Of a stretch of DNA of 64,000 bases, positions 49,311 through 61,679 are shown in pieces. The position numbers and the translations under genes are program-made. The notes below the pieces were generated by a model, which was given only the letters and a program-made list of their open reading frames with translations, was not told the DNA's origin and did no database searches. The DNA lies in the NCBI GenBank assembly GCA_010093995.1, contig ML992503.1:1751356-1815355 (forward strand). The letters run 5' to 3'. Each line of letters begins with the position of its first letter. The stretch's first letter is position 1. The stretch comes from Elsinoe ampelina. Lineage: Eukaryota.

Positions 49311-49714
49311 AATGGCGGCGACCCGAAGACAAGCAGGACGATGTTTAAATGCAGAAGATTCCAGTAATGCAGCTATCAGGTCCAAAGACAGCAATGCGCT
49401 TCTGGCTACACGAGTCCGTACACGTGCCAGGCGGCATTGGAAATCAAAAACCGGCGTTTGCATTACCTAGGATGCTGACAGTGAGCAGGGACAGATCACA
49501 AGTCGGCTCCACCCAATATGGCAAGCCGCCAATTTCCTCTTTGGGTACTGCCGATTTGCCCCTCCTCCAGCACCACTGCGAAGCATTTGTACCTTTGCCA
49601 AATCGTGCAGAACATTTCATGTTTCTTTAAAGTGCTCCGTGACTAGGCTGCTATTCTCGTACTGTGGTAAGGGAATTTCTATCTATTATCGCATACCTAC
49701 GACGACAACAGAAG

Positions 49715-51250
49715 ATGCTCACGAGACGGCATCTTGCACGGCAGATCCGCAACACCAAGTTCAACACAGCCCGAACTCAGGTCAGAAATGCTGCAGCTGT
49801 TGCTGCCCAGAAGCAGGAGGGCACCATCGCAGATGCGTTCGCATCTTTGTCTGGCCAGCAATTTGCCCCACTTGAGCCACGTTTCGCCACTATCAAACAG
49901 CATCTAATCCAGGGGCATGAAGATGCCATCGTAGCATCTTGGAATCGCTTACTCGAGAGACTCAAGACGGAAACGAGCACAATCGCAAAGCTGGGCTCAG
50001 ACATTGTCCCACAAATTGACTTCAAGGACATCAGATCGCCTACGTCCCACTTCAATGACGAGTACCGCAAGCGAGGGGTCGCAGTCATTCGCAATGTCGT
50101 CCCCGAAGACGAAGCCCTCCAGATGAAGGCAGATCTCCGCTCGTACATCAAAGCCAATCCTCACACTAAAGCCTTTCCAGCAGACAATCCACAAGTCTAC
50201 GAGCTATACTGGTCCCCTTCCCAAATCCGAGCTCGGTCACATCTCGCCCTCCTCTCCGCCCAGAAGTTCCTCCTCAGCTACTGGCACTCCTCCGACCCAA
50301 CCGCACCCCTCTCCATCGACCCCATCATCTACGCCGACCGCCTCCGCATTCGCCTCCCAGGCGACGCCCAATTCGCGCTCGGCCCACATATCGACGGTGG
50401 CGGCCCCGAACGCTGGGAGCCCACCGGCTACGGCCTCGGCCAAACCTACTCCTCCATCTTCCACGGCGACTGGGAGTCCTTCGACCCATGGGAAGCCTCG
50501 ACCCGCCTCCCCGTAATCTCAGACCTCTACAACGGCGCCGGCGCCTGCTCCGCCTTCCGCATGGCTCAAGGCTGGCTGTCCCTCTCCCACACCGGCCCCA
50601 ACGAAGGCACCCTCCTCGTCAACCCCCTCCTGCAACTCGCGACCGCCTACGTCCTTCTCCGCCCTTTCTTCGCCCCCATCCACTCCCCCCCCGGCCTGGA
50701 AACCAACACCGCCACCCCCTCCGAACTCTCCGACCCCGCGTTCCTCGCCCCCTCGAATTGGCGTCTCGAAGCCCCCACTTCCTCATGGCTGCACGGCGCT
50801 ACCCCCGGTCGCGGGCAGGAACTCGCTCCCGCCCTCCACCCTCACCTCCGTCTCGATCAATCAATGGTGCATGTCCCGCGTGTGCGGCCCGGCGATTACG
50901 TGGCGTGGAACTGCGATACGATCCACGCGGTGGATAAGGTCCATCTGGGACAAGGCGATAGTAGCGTCATGTATATCCCTGCTTGTCCGCTGACGGAGAA
51001 GAACGCGGAGTACCTTGCGCGGCAAAGGGGGGCGTTTTTGGAGGGCGTGCCGAGTCCGGATTTCCCGGGTGGGGAGGGGGAGCGGAGGCATGTCGGGAGG
51101 CCTGGTGTGGGGGATGTGGAGCGGGTGAATGGGGAGGAGGGGCTGAGGGCTTTTGGACTTGCGAGATGGGAGAGCGAGAAGGAGGGACTGACGGATGGGG
51201 AGAGGAGGGTAATGCGGAGGGCGAATGAGATTTTGGGGTTTGATGTTTGA
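49715..51250 (+). CDS. DUF1479 (YbiU/Gig2-like) Fe(II)/2OG-oxygenase-fold protein, probably mitochondrial
   Basis: Arg-rich presequence; 'GTIADAFASLSG', 'YELYWSPSQIRAR', 'YADRLRIR', 'GPHIDGG' (HxD), 'FRMAQGWLSLS', 'DTIHAVD'. Confidence 0.85.
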   Translation: MLTRRHLARQIRNTKFNTARTQVRNAAAVAAQKQEGTIADAFASLSGQQFAPLEPRFATIKQHLIQGHEDAIVASWNRLLERLKTETSTIAKLGSDIVPQIDFKDIRSPTSHFNDEYRKRGVAVIRNVVPEDEALQMKADLRSYIKANPHTKAFPADNPQVYELYWSPSQIRARSHLALLSAQKFLLSYWHSSDPTAPLSIDPIIYADRLRIRLPGDAQFALGPHIDGGGPERWEPTGYGLGQTYSSIFHGDWESFDPWEASTRLPVISDLYNGAGACSAFRMAQGWLSLSHTGPNEGTLLVNPLLQLATAYVLLRPFFAPIHSPPGLETNTATPSELSDPAFLAPSNWRLEAPTSSWLHGATPGRGQELAPALHPHLRLDQSMVHVPRVRPGDYVAWNCDTIHAVDKVHLGQGDSSVMYIPACPLTEKNAEYLARQRGAFLEGVPSPDFPGGEGERRHVGRPGVGDVERVNGEEGLRAFGLARWESEKEGLTDGERRVMRRANEILGFDV

Positions 51251-51753
51251 TGACTTTTGGAAAGAATTGGTATCACATTAGCATGGATAGGATAGCCTGA
51301 GACTATTGCAATTATCATTCTGGCTTTGTCTATAAATCTGCTCGTGACCGCCACAATCAAGCAGGCGTGACAAGACCGACCAAGCCAAAGGACGGACGCC
51401 GGGGTGAGCGAGGTAGCTGTGAAGTGTGCATGTCAACTCAGATGCGTGGTTGATGGGATGGTGATAGTACATGGGTGTATCTTGGAGATCGTGATGGGGG
51501 GATTCTGTGCTGTGACTGTGCAAAAGTCGGGACAGTGCTGGTGCCTGGGATGTGTCGTGATGGGGATTTTGAATAGTGCTCGGTGTTGTGACCGGACACT
51601 GAAGTGCAGAGTGTTGTGACTTCTGACTTTTGGTTCGATCGATTTGGCGGTAATCTCGCGCGATCATGTGGCAGCTGAGATGGCCCGAGCTAAGATGGTG
51701 GCTGGCGATAGTGCTGAGCGGATAGAGATGATGTTCTTGAGGTGAAACGGTCT

Positions 51754-53565
51754 TTACATGTCCATGCTGTCGCCTCCGTTCGCAAAGTTGAAGTTCTGCT
51801 GTTGACCACCTTGAGCACCGAAGCCAAACTGGCCGTCTTGACCAGCCTGAGGAGCCAGATCATTCATCTCTCCCTCTCCCTCCTCGTCTGAGAAGTACTT
51901 CTCGATGATGGTGTATGCCTTCATGTAGATCTCTTCGTTGGAGTTGTTCTGGCAATCGTGGATCTTCTCCATTCCTCCACACTCCTCGATAAACAATGCA
52001 TATCTATTCACCGGATTCTCGGCGGTACCCTCTGATGCCTCCTTATCCATCTCGCCAACCTTGAGGATATTCTCAAGGCCGTCGAGAGCGACTTGGATGA
52101 TCTTGTTGTCCGGGCAGGCGAGAAGATCGCAGAGTGGGCGAATGGCTCCATTGGAGACTAAGAAGCGAATCTGCTCTGGCTTCTGGAGACCGCCTGAGGT
52201 TGCATTGCTAATAGCCCAGCAAGCCTCCTTGCGTGTCTTAAAGTCGCCGTTGGAGAGCAAGTGGATAAGAGGAACCATCAGGTTAGCATCAATGACTGCC
52301 TGAATTTGGGTAGAGTTGCCAGCGGTGATGTTGGAGATAGTCCAGCATGCCTCTTTGCGAATACCATCCTTGGTGGAGCTCAACAATGACAGAAGAGCAG
52401 GCAGTGCACCGCAGTTGATGATGACTTGAGTCTGAACATCATCACCAGTGACAATGTTGCCAACAGATCGGAGTGCGGGGGTCTGGACTGAGGTGGAAGC
52501 GTGCATGAGGAGTTCGACCAGGCGACGAGGAATGTTCGCCTCGATGACAGCTTGAATCTTGTCGTTGGAGCCGTCAGATAAGTAAGAGATAGCCCAGCAG
52601 GCATCAATCAAGACCTCATCATCTAGAGAGTATACTAGCTTAGCAAGTACTGGCAGAGCTGGAGCGATCTGTCATGAATTAGCCTCCGATGCGTAGAGCT
52701 TGGCGATTCGGTGTCTTACCGTTGCCCAGTCAGGCTGAGGAGTCTTGCCCCTGCAGAAGTTGCTGAGTGTCCAGGTAGCGTTGCGGAGCATGCTGAGCTT
52801 CCTGGAGTCGCCTAGAAGGGTCAAGAGAGGAGGTAGAGCTCCGCACGAGAGAACAAAGTCGCGGCACTGTGGGCTGTCACCAGCAATGTTTCCCAACGCC
52901 CATACAGCTTGTTCCCTGACATCTGGTTCCGGGCTCTTGAGCAGTTCTACAAAAATGGGTACTGCGCCTGCATTGATGACGACTTGGGTCTGCTGTGCCG
53001 AGCCAGAAGCGATATTGGTAAGAGCCCAAGCAGCTTCGAATTGAACGAGAGTATGAGGGGAGCGGAGAAATTCGACAAAGCGACCAACAACACCAGTCTC
53101 GATGACCTTCTCAATAGGCGGATTACGCTCTTTCGAAAGAAGCTTGCGAAATTTGGTGGTGGCGGCGATCTGATCCTCAATCTTTTCGGAAAACACTCCC
53201 TTGACCATCTGAGGGAGCTCTTCATTCAGCTAGCGAATTGTCAGCCATCATTCATGCAAGGTACTGACACCCCGATTGTGAGGTAAACGGTAGGGGAGGT
53301 CGTGCGAGCGTGCCCTGAAGATACAACATACCTGGCTCTCGATTGTCATGCTCTCATCGTCACTGTCAGGGGCAGCGCCCAATGATGCACCTGGCCTGCC
53401 ATCGCCGCTTGCGATACCACGTCTCTTTGCAAGGTTCTCCTCACGCTTTTGCTTTCTGATCTCAACCTGTTGCTCCTCACGACGACGACGCAATTCGTCG
53501 GGCTTGAATGTGTTTTTCGCCTTGAAAGTTGTGCGCCTGTGCTCTGGGATGTATCGGTCGGCCAT
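51754..53565 (-). CDS. SRP1: Importin subunit alpha (karyopherin alpha)
   Basis: IBB '[26 protein letters not shown]'; ARM repeats '[13 protein letters not shown]', '[12 protein letters not shown]', '[13 protein letters not shown]'; two introns. Confidence 0.97.
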
Positions 53566-53964
53566 GGTGACTTGTCGCTGTGTCGAGGACTTTGTTTCAG
53601 CGTTGTAGTCGTCAAAGGCGGTGATTGACGAGCAGAGAGGTGGAAGGAATGTGTTTTGTGACAAGAAGCGATTCACAGTGAAATCAGAAGGGTCAAACAA
53701 GGACGTGGGGGTTTCGCTCTCGCCAAGACTTCACCGGCCGTCATTTTGTCTCGATTCGCAAAGGGCGCTAAATTGGGAAAAGCTCACGTGATCTCCGCGT
53801 GCTCGCGTTAATTAATTCACGTCTTCCATCTCTCACCGTAACCACAATTTTCCATCACGTATCATGTCTGCTGGCCTTGACTACAAATCTGAATGCACCG
53901 GTGCTGGGTACATGATTTGGCATCGCTTTTCACATTCTAACACCATCTCATTGATAAGCCAAGA

Positions 53965-56097
53965 ATGGTGCTTCAGAGCTGCGAGTTGCCCAAGGGCTAC
54001 ACTGGCGTGTCAGTCTTTCTCAACGATCACAGTCAAGTGTTCGCTACCGTCGCAGGGTTCGTCACTGATGTGATGCCACCCATCAAGACCAAAAATGGAG
54101 GTGGGTGAAGTGCTTCCTTTGCAATCATAAATTTCACTGACAGACACAGCCGGCGATTGGATGCTTACATTTTCTATTTGTGATGTGGATCTCATGCTGC
54201 ACAATGGCAACTGGTCTGGTACCAAGGTCAGGTTCTTCCGCGGCGACGAGAAAGCGTTGCCACAACCCGAACTCGGAGATATCGTACTGCTTAGAAATAT
54301 GAAGGTTCGTTGATCTCCATCAACTTGGTTGTCCCATCTCTCACACGCTTCAGAAAACCACCTTTGCAGGCAATTTAATATTGATCGCACATCAATCAGC
54401 CAATTTCGTCGTCTTCTCGCGCAACCACATCCCAAGCCCGGCCTTCGCGAGTCAGTATCAAGCAGGAATCACCAGCATGCCAAGCACGTTTCTACATCCA
54501 CGAGATGCTCCAAAGTATGACGAACAATGGTATGCGATGACCCTGAAGCAGGAGTATGACGATCAGATCCAAGGCTATGTCACTGCTTCGAGTCGTTCAT
54601 TGGATAAACTAAGCTTGCCATCGAATCGAGGATTGCCCGGACGGCCGCCGGACCTGGGTACCGCCGCCGCGAATGCTCCTACTGGGCCGAGGCAGAAGTT
54701 CGCTCTCATCAAGGACATGCAAGTCAATGGCTTCTACGATATGATTGTCGAAGTTATCAAGATCTTCCCCACCCCATATGACTATCTAGAGGCTTATGTT
54801 TCCGATTACACGACAAACAAACTCCTTTACGACTATCCCACCCCCGAAGAGCAAAGGTCCAACGGCCGAGATGGCGACGAATTTGGCTACATGGACGAGA
54901 CGAAGAAGCGATGGCAAGGACCTTGGGGTCAGACGGTGCTCAAGATCGAGGTCAAGGCACCCCACAGTATTCACTTGCAGCGTAATGTCCAGGAGCGTCA
55001 ATATGCACGTCTATCGAATGTGCGTGTTAAGCTGAGCCGCCAGTCTAAGCTTGAGGGGAATCTCTGGCCAGACAACAATTGGCCGGACAAAATGTTGGTG
55101 GAGAAGATCAATCCTGCAGCAGTTGATGTTGGGAGGGCCCTGATGGAAAGACGAGCACAATACTGGGCAAAGAGGAAAAGTGACGATGACAGTGCGCCCA
55201 AAGAGGTGAAGAAGGCAAAGACGAAACGTGCATCGGCGAAGCAAAAGGCTCGAGAGCAAGCGGCAGCGGAGCAGAAGTTGGCGGAAGAGCCCATGCGCAT
55301 TCCGGGTGTGGAATCAAACAAGCATGGTGAGTTGGAACAAAGTGTGTCTGCGGGCGCAGCTCGGCTAACAGATTGGCAGTCCGCACGTCCAATCCCGATG
55401 TTCCATTGACGACTATCGCAAGCTTGTTGTCCAGTCGTGGCCACATGCATCACAAAGACCGAGACGAAATACCTCTGCCGTTCATCAATCAGAAGCGTCG
55501 TTGCCAGGTCAGAGTAGTGGACTTTTACCCACCTCGGCTGGAAGACTTTAGCACCGATCAAGTGCAAATCGACAACGATACTCAGAGCAGGTCCGATTAC
55601 GAAATGGACCTGGATCAACATTCATGGTCGTGGGACTTCTATCTCTTAGTCGAGGATGCAATTCGGGCCAAATCAGCCCCGAAAGATTCCGACGTACCAC
55701 GATTGTGGCTACATGTCTCGAATGCCGATGCCCAATACCTCTTCCGCGAGATCAAGGAAGACGCTTGCAAGTAAGTGGCCCAACGTATCGAGTCTAACCA
55801 GCCCTTTGACTGATGATGTCCAGCTTGCGTGAAAATGCCGCCATGCTTGACCAGCTTCGCCAGCAAACCGACATCATCTGGGGCAATCTAGCAGAGTTGA
55901 AGACTGCCGCCGAAGGCGATCCGCAGGTCAACTCTGTGGAGAAGGACTACTGGTCAGCAAAGCTATCCAATCTGCCATTCGACTGCTGTATTCAGGAGTA
56001 TGGTCAGCCAGTGGAGGCAGACGACGAGAATAGGCTCGGTCCGGATAGCCGTGGTTGGATCCGGCTCTTCTCGCTGTGTGAAACAATGGTGCTTTGA
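53965..56097 (+). CDS. POT1: Protection of telomeres 1 (OB-fold ssDNA-binding protein)
   Basis: 'VAGFVTDVMPPIKTKNG|DWMLTFSICD', 'KVRFFR...LP..ELGDIVLLRNMK', 'FYDMIVEVIK', 'YVSDYTTN', 'WQGPWGQ', 'VRVVDFYPPRLEDF', 'FYLLVED', 'PFDCCIQEYG'. An upstream exon from ATG 53864 is possible. Confidence 0.85.
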
Positions 56098-56111
56098 TGG
56101 GCAGCTCCCCT

Positions 56112-57258
56112 TCAGGAACTCTGCTCAGTGACGGCCATGGATAAATCCCTGATCAAGGAGTTGGTCGACCAGAATTGACCAGCAAACTCCATATCATACC
56201 TTGTTTGATGATTAGCATAAGATACCCCACATAGCACTCATACGTTTCGCTCACCAGTAGTTCACCGAGCAGCTGAAGCCCTCCTCCCCTACATCCTGCG
56301 AGACATGATGGTACCACATCGCCGGCAGGTACATCATGTCCCCTTCCTCCAGCGTCACCCTCATAGGCTTGACATGCTCCCCAAACACATTCCCCGGCAC
56401 CTCTTCCCTCAGCGGATCCCACGTCGGCACAGGCACCCTCTCCTCCCCCTCTACCGCTACCACCTTCAACCCCAACTCCCCTCCTTCATCTTCCTCATAC
56501 CTTCCCCTTCCAACGTCCCTCTCCCCCACAGCGGGCGCCGCTACAGGCGGCAAGAGCACAAACCTCTTCCGTCCCCTGATCTGCGCGTACACATTCTGGT
56601 AATTATCCTTATGCAAAGCCGTCACGGACCGCTCGTTGCCCAGCCAGAAGTTCACCGCGTCCGGGTCTTTTTGGAGCGCGATGCGGGCGAACGGGATGCT
56701 GGAGGGCACGTCGGCGAAGAGAGGGGCGTATTCGTCGCGGAGGTTGTCGTTTTGGGTCTGGAGGTATTTGACGGGCCCGACGGAGGCAGGACCGGAGGGG
56801 GAGAGGGATTGGGATGTGATGTACGACAGAGTCGATGCAAAGGGGAGGTGAGAGATGTGCGGCTCTACGAAGAGGGGTTCCGGGATCATGGAGGGGGGTG
56901 AGTTGGAAGGCTCGCTGGCTGTGTCTGGCTTCTCGACTGATGCGTCGGCTTGGTTGCAGGTTGACGATGTGTCAGCAATCTCCACTATTGCGTCGGCGTT
57001 GCCAAACGGGGTGGTGGCGACTTGAACTGGTGTGGCGCACATGGTGGAAGTTAGGTACTCGGCAGTCCATTTTTGGGTGGCGGGCCAGGAGGAGGCTCCG
57101 GAACGGATCACAAAGGGTCGGTTGAGGGCGACATGGCGCATGAATTCTAGCGGAGACGGTTCTTCGTGTAGCTCGTCGATGATGGAGGTGTTGAGGGCGT
57201 TGTAATTGTCTAACAGGGTGATCAAGTGGTCCGCGATTGTGGTTGTGTTATTGGTCAT
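56112..57258 (-). CDS. JmjC-domain (cupin-like) protein, JMJD7-like
   Basis: 'PSPLEFMRHVALNRPFVIR', 'TPFGNAD', 'YLQTQNDNL', 'NFWLGN..SVTALHKDNYQN' (HxD), 'YLPAMWYHHV', 'VNYW|YDMEF'. Confidence 0.88.
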
Positions 57259-57649
57259 GATCATTCCGTTAATCATTTCACCATTATTGTGCGAGAGATA
57301 GATGGCAACGTCCCCATGGGGATTCGCAGATTCACTTCTCGCCGGTTGAGTGGAAGCGTTCGGTTGATGGCTGCCGTGGACGTTGTTTCGACATTTTTAC
57401 GGCTTGACTTCTGTGTGTGGCTTCTTCGCAACCGTCTTTGCGGCAGACGGACCGAATCTTCGTTGCGGTACTTGTGGTACAAACAGATGAACTATATGGA
57501 ACAACATCCGGGTACGATCTAGTGCTCTGTTGCGCGTGAGAAGGATCATGGTTGTTTCATTTGGAAGGCCCCTCTCCTCCACCCCTGATAGTTCATCTTG
57601 TGCCATTCTACAGCTGCTTGATCTTCTTCAACCGATCTTTGACAACGCG

Positions 57650-58612
57650 GTCCATCTTCCGAGATAGAAGACCAGGCTGCACTTGTTGCTAACCAAACCG
57701 CCGAGTTGGCTCGGCTCAAGATCATCGCACCTGTCTTCCTGACCACTTGCGGCATCACCGTCGCTCTCCGCATCTTCACCCGAGCTTGAATCCTCAAACA
57801 CATCGGACCAGATGACCGGAGCATCCTCGCCGTACTGGTAGGTAGCTCATGCTTGATCATGGTCGAAGAAAGAGCTGACAAGTGATCAGGGTGTCTTTGC
57901 GGCGTACATTGGTGTCTTCTACAACACCATCACATTCAGACCTTGGTGTTCAGCGGTCGCCGGGAGGACTTGTTCCTCGATATCATCGTCATAAGTTCAA
58001 TCGATTCTGTCCTGTCTGGTCTGCCTGTATCGTGGCTGACACGTCCCCAGATGGCAAGAATGGATCAACGGATCATACGGAGCCTGTGTCATCGCTGTCA
58101 AGATCTCCGTTGCCTTCTTGATGGTACGCCTGTACGAACCCAACAACGTCTGGCAGCGCTGGACCGTCATCATCTCGACAATCATCCTGACCCTCGTGGG
58201 CATTGTATTTGTCGTCATTTCGCTCGTGTCCTGCGGCGTCGGTTCAAGGTCTAACGCAGACTGCGCCATGAACTCAGCCTATACTGCCGTCTCGTACACT
58301 TGCTCTCTCATGAACACGGCCGTCGACGTTCTCTTCGCTGTCATGTCGGTACTTCTGGTCACCTCCACTTCAATCCGGCGTGGCGGCCTTCTCGACCGGA
58401 GTACTGCTCGTCATTGGAACCATTGGGGGCATTGCATTGGCATTAAGGTGTGCCGTCATATTCTTGGATGGCATGGACCGGATCAAGCCGGCACGAATTT
58501 GGTGATCGGTCGTTGGTCAATGCTAGAAGCTGGACTTACCATCTCTGCTGCTTCTATGGCTACGCTCCAGCCGCTGCTCAAGAAGATTCAAGGCCTGTCC
58601 ATCAACCGCTAG
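57650..58612 (+). pseudogene. Pseudogenised PTH11-like receptor
   Basis: 'VALRIFTRA*ILKHIGPDDR' with TGA at 57787-57789; 'KISVAFLMVRL', 'WSMLEAGLTISAASMATLQPL'; frameshifts around 58375-58460; no clear start codon. Confidence 0.75.
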
Positions 58613-59203
58613 GGTATTTTCAAGATAATCCTTCATCCGCGTCGTGACCAGACAGGACCAAGGGAACGTTCAAATGTGAGATGGATGAGACTCCATTCTT
58701 CCAGCGCGATGGTCAGGCCGGAGGTGACAATAAAATCACCGCTTCTGTCTCTGTCCAGCACGTCGAGACTCAGGGTTGAAGTCAAGATAATCAAATCATC
58801 CGCGTCAAGTGGTTCTGAGTGATTGTAGCATCGGCAGATGAACAATATAGAGCTTTTGTGAACCAGGTGCCCCCAAACAAATTTTTCTCATTGATCGATG
58901 ATTTTGTTGTGATGGTTTGATGAGCAAAGGTTGGGTGTTGATCGAGGTTGCAGAAAACATGGAAATCTAAAACCGGGGATCACGTGGCGTTGACCTCAAC
59001 GTCATTCGGCAGCACAGTTGACAGCGCCATCGAATTCTTGACATTCACCATCATTCCACTGCTTCAGCTCACTGACTACGATCTAAAACCTATCTTCGAC
59101 CTGGTTAACTGCTCCTCCGTCGCAAGCTAGCAAGCCACAGCTTCGCACTGCTGCTTGTAACCGCTGATGACTCTGAGATCATGATAAGACCAAGTCCCTG
59201 AAG

Positions 59204-60676
59204 ATGAGAAAGACACTACTTCTCGTCTTCATCCATGGATTTAAAGGAGGGGATAATACGTTCGAAAAGTTTCCTGAGCATCTCCGAGTCCTAGTATCCG
59301 ATCTCCTGCCCAAATTGAATGTCCTTTCTGTGGTATATCCCAAATTTGAGACTCGAGGAGAGCTACACGATTGTGTGGCGAAGTTCAAGGAATGGTCAGC
59401 TGTTTGTCCCCCAATCAATGACCTATTACTGACAAACTTCAGGCTCCAAAATAAGGTTATTGACCTCGAAGTCGCCGCCGGCACTCCATCCCCAACTATA
59501 GATCCCTCGGTTCGAGTTGCACTGATAGGACACTCCATGGGTGGCATCGTCGCCGCTGAAACCCTCCTCAGGATTGTGCGAGACGAGCCAGTCCCTTTCG
59601 CGTCTCGACCAAGCACGAACCGAACCAACTCATCCACCGCGGCCAACAGCACGACTAACAACACATCGACGACTTCCACCTCGCCCAATCTTTCAGCACC
59701 CGACCCTCTCGAAAGAGCCACATCCGCCCCTCCCCCATCACATCCCACCATCCCCAGTCTAAACACGTCCCCCTCTCCTCCCTCCTCCCCCACCACTTTT
59801 CTCTTCCCCTACATCCAAGCCATCCTCGCCTTTGACACCCCCTACCTCGGCATCCACCCCGGCGTCATCGCTCACGGCGCAGAAGCACACTATAACACCG
59901 CTTCAGCCGCCTACACAGCCTACAACCAAGCTAGCAAATTCTTCGGTGGTGGAGCCAAGTCCGCTCCGAAATTCGATTCTTCCAAAGCACTACCTGCCGC
60001 AGGGAACAATGCTTCTGCTGGCGGCGGCGGCGGCGCAGGCTGGGGAAAATATGCCATGTTCGCGGGCGGAGCAGCAGCTTTGGCCGCTGGAGCCGCGGGC
60101 GCTTACTATGGTAGAGAGCACATCACGACTGGATGGAAGTGGGCCGGGGAGCACCTCTCGTTCGTCGGGTGCTTGGCGCGCGGGGCAGAGATGACCGCCA
60201 GGATGGAGGAGATGGTACGGCTTAGCGAGCGCCACGAGATCGGCTTCGTGGATTTCTACACCGTGCTTGGGAAGAAGGCGGGGAAGGTAGGGCAGGTAGT
60301 GGGCGAGGAGAGGACGTTTTGTGTCGTGCCAAAGGAAAAGGGGAGGCAGGTGGGGGCGAAAGAGGGCAAGGGTTCGGGAAGAGAGAGTGGTGGGGAATCG
60401 CCTGCGAAGAGGCGGAAGGTGGAGAGCAGGAAGGAGGTGGATGGTGGGAAGGCCAAGGGGAAGGGGCTATGGGTGGAGGCGGTGAATACAAAGAGCGAAG
60501 ATGAAATTACGGCTCACAGAGCCATGTTTACGCCTGGTGATAATCCGGGGTATTACAAGATGAGTGAGCAGGCGAGGAATCTATTAGTGGGCTGGGTGGA
60601 CAAAGGATGGTACGAGGCCTCTGGTGAGGGAGAAGAGCAAGAGGATGGAGGCGTGGAGAGGGAGACCGAGGTTTAA
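59204..60676 (+). CDS. DUF676-like alpha/beta hydrolase (putative serine esterase)
   Basis: 'VFIHGFKG', nucleophile elbow 'GHSMGG', 'AFDTPYLG', 'HLSFVGCL', 'DEITAHRAMF'; 48-nt in-frame intron 59395-59442. Confidence 0.82.
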   Translation: MRKTLLLVFIHGFKGGDNTFEKFPEHLRVLVSDLLPKLNVLSVVYPKFETRGELHDCVAKFKEWSAVCPPINDLLLTNFRLQNKVIDLEVAAGTPSPTIDPSVRVALIGHSMGGIVAAETLLRIVRDEPVPFASRPSTNRTNSSTAANSTTNNTSTTSTSPNLSAPDPLERATSAPPPSHPTIPSLNTSPSPPSSPTTFLFPYIQAILAFDTPYLGIHPGVIAHGAEAHYNTASAAYTAYNQASKFFGGGAKSAPKFDSSKALPAAGNNASAGGGGGAGWGKYAMFAGGAAALAAGAAGAYYGREHITTGWKWAGEHLSFVGCLARGAEMTARMEEMVRLSERHEIGFVDFYTVLGKKAGKVGQVVGEERTFCVVPKEKGRQVGAKEGKGSGRESGGESPAKRRKVESRKEVDGGKAKGKGLWVEAVNTKSEDEITAHRAMFTPGDNPGYYKMSEQARNLLVGWVDKGWYEASGEGEEQEDGGVERETEV

Positions 60677-60743
60677 GGGTTCTTGATACTTGATACCCAT
60701 CGGATGGTAATGGTCTGGTTATGATGCGATCTAGGACTGTCTT

Positions 60744-61679
60744 CTATTTGTTTAGCATTAGAAGGAAACTATTCAATCTTCTGCACAGTTCCTCGACCAC
60801 TTGCTGTGGATCTCCATTCAGATTATGCGTTGCGCCGTCCAACAGTTTCAAGCTGTCCAGGTGCACTATTGCGCCTGAATTCTCTGCATGCGTCTTCCAC
60901 TTACCCATGAATTCTGTCGGCCTCAGATGCTTCGGCACGTGCTCATCACTCCCACTGTACAAGAACAGCACCATCGTTCCCTGCGGTATCTTACCGAAAG
61001 TCTTCTTGAGCCTCTCATCCGGCAAGTCCGACGAGAACATGTCATCCTGTCCCAACCCATCAGGTGATGCCAACGACAGCCACCTCCTCGCCGTCACGCC
61101 AATTCTCTGAAACACATCCCCCATGACAGAGACAGGAAGACAATCATCCTGCCTCCCTTCCTCCACAAACCGCCGCGCAACCTCATTACAGCTCGCATAC
61201 ACTTCGGGATCCATACTCTCCACCAACGCCTCCCGATCACTCACCGGCGCCTGCAACACAATCCCATCCACCCTTGGCCTCTCCCCTTCGCCATCCCCCC
61301 ACAACTCTGTCGACGAAACATAATGCAACGCATCCTGACACCCCGTCGAATGCCCCATCAACACCACCTTTCGCCCAGGCTGCTTCTCGCGAAAATACCG
61401 CACCACAGCCGCAATTTCCCGAACATCGTCATCCAGTGTCTTCGTGCCCCATGAATTGCCGCTACTGGAGAGACTGAGCTGCAGTAGCGACCAATCCGCA
61501 GGCAGCGTCTGGGCGAGAGCGAAGGGGTACGAGACGTGGCCTAGTGTGTCGAAAAGGCCGCCGATCCAGAGGACGAGGTTTGTGGGGAGGTCCCGGGGAG
61601 GCGAGAGGGACACGGCGGTGATGCAGGGCGGGATGTAGTGGATTGTTGATTGGTGGGTGGAGGGGTGGAAGCCGGTCAT
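60744..61679 (-). CDS. DUF1749 alpha/beta hydrolase (SidJ fusarinine C esterase-like family)
   Basis: 'WIGGLFD', 'LMGHSTGCQD', 'LQAPVSDRE', 'DDMFSSDL', 'GSDEHVP', 'GATH'; ATG at 61679. Confidence 0.85.
   Translation of the reverse strand: MTGFHPSTHQSTIHYIPPCITAVSLSPPRDLPTNLVLWIGGLFDTLGHVSYPFALAQTLPADWSLLQLSLSSSGNSWGTKTLDDDVREIAAVVRYFREKQPGRKVVLMGHSTGCQDALHYVSSTELWGDGEGERPRVDGIVLQAPVSDREALVESMDPEVYASCNEVARRFVEEGRQDDCLPVSVMGDVFQRIGVTARRWLSLASPDGLGQDDMFSSDLPDERLKKTFGKIPQGTMVLFLYSGSDEHVPKHLRPTEFMGKWKTHAENSGAIVHLDSLKLLDGATHNLNGDPQQVVEELCRRLNSFLLMLNK

Noticed and set aside
60744..61679. Siderophore locus based on the SidJ-like hydrolase
   Set aside because: DUF1749 is widespread, and no NRPS, ornithine monooxygenase or siderophore transporter is nearby.
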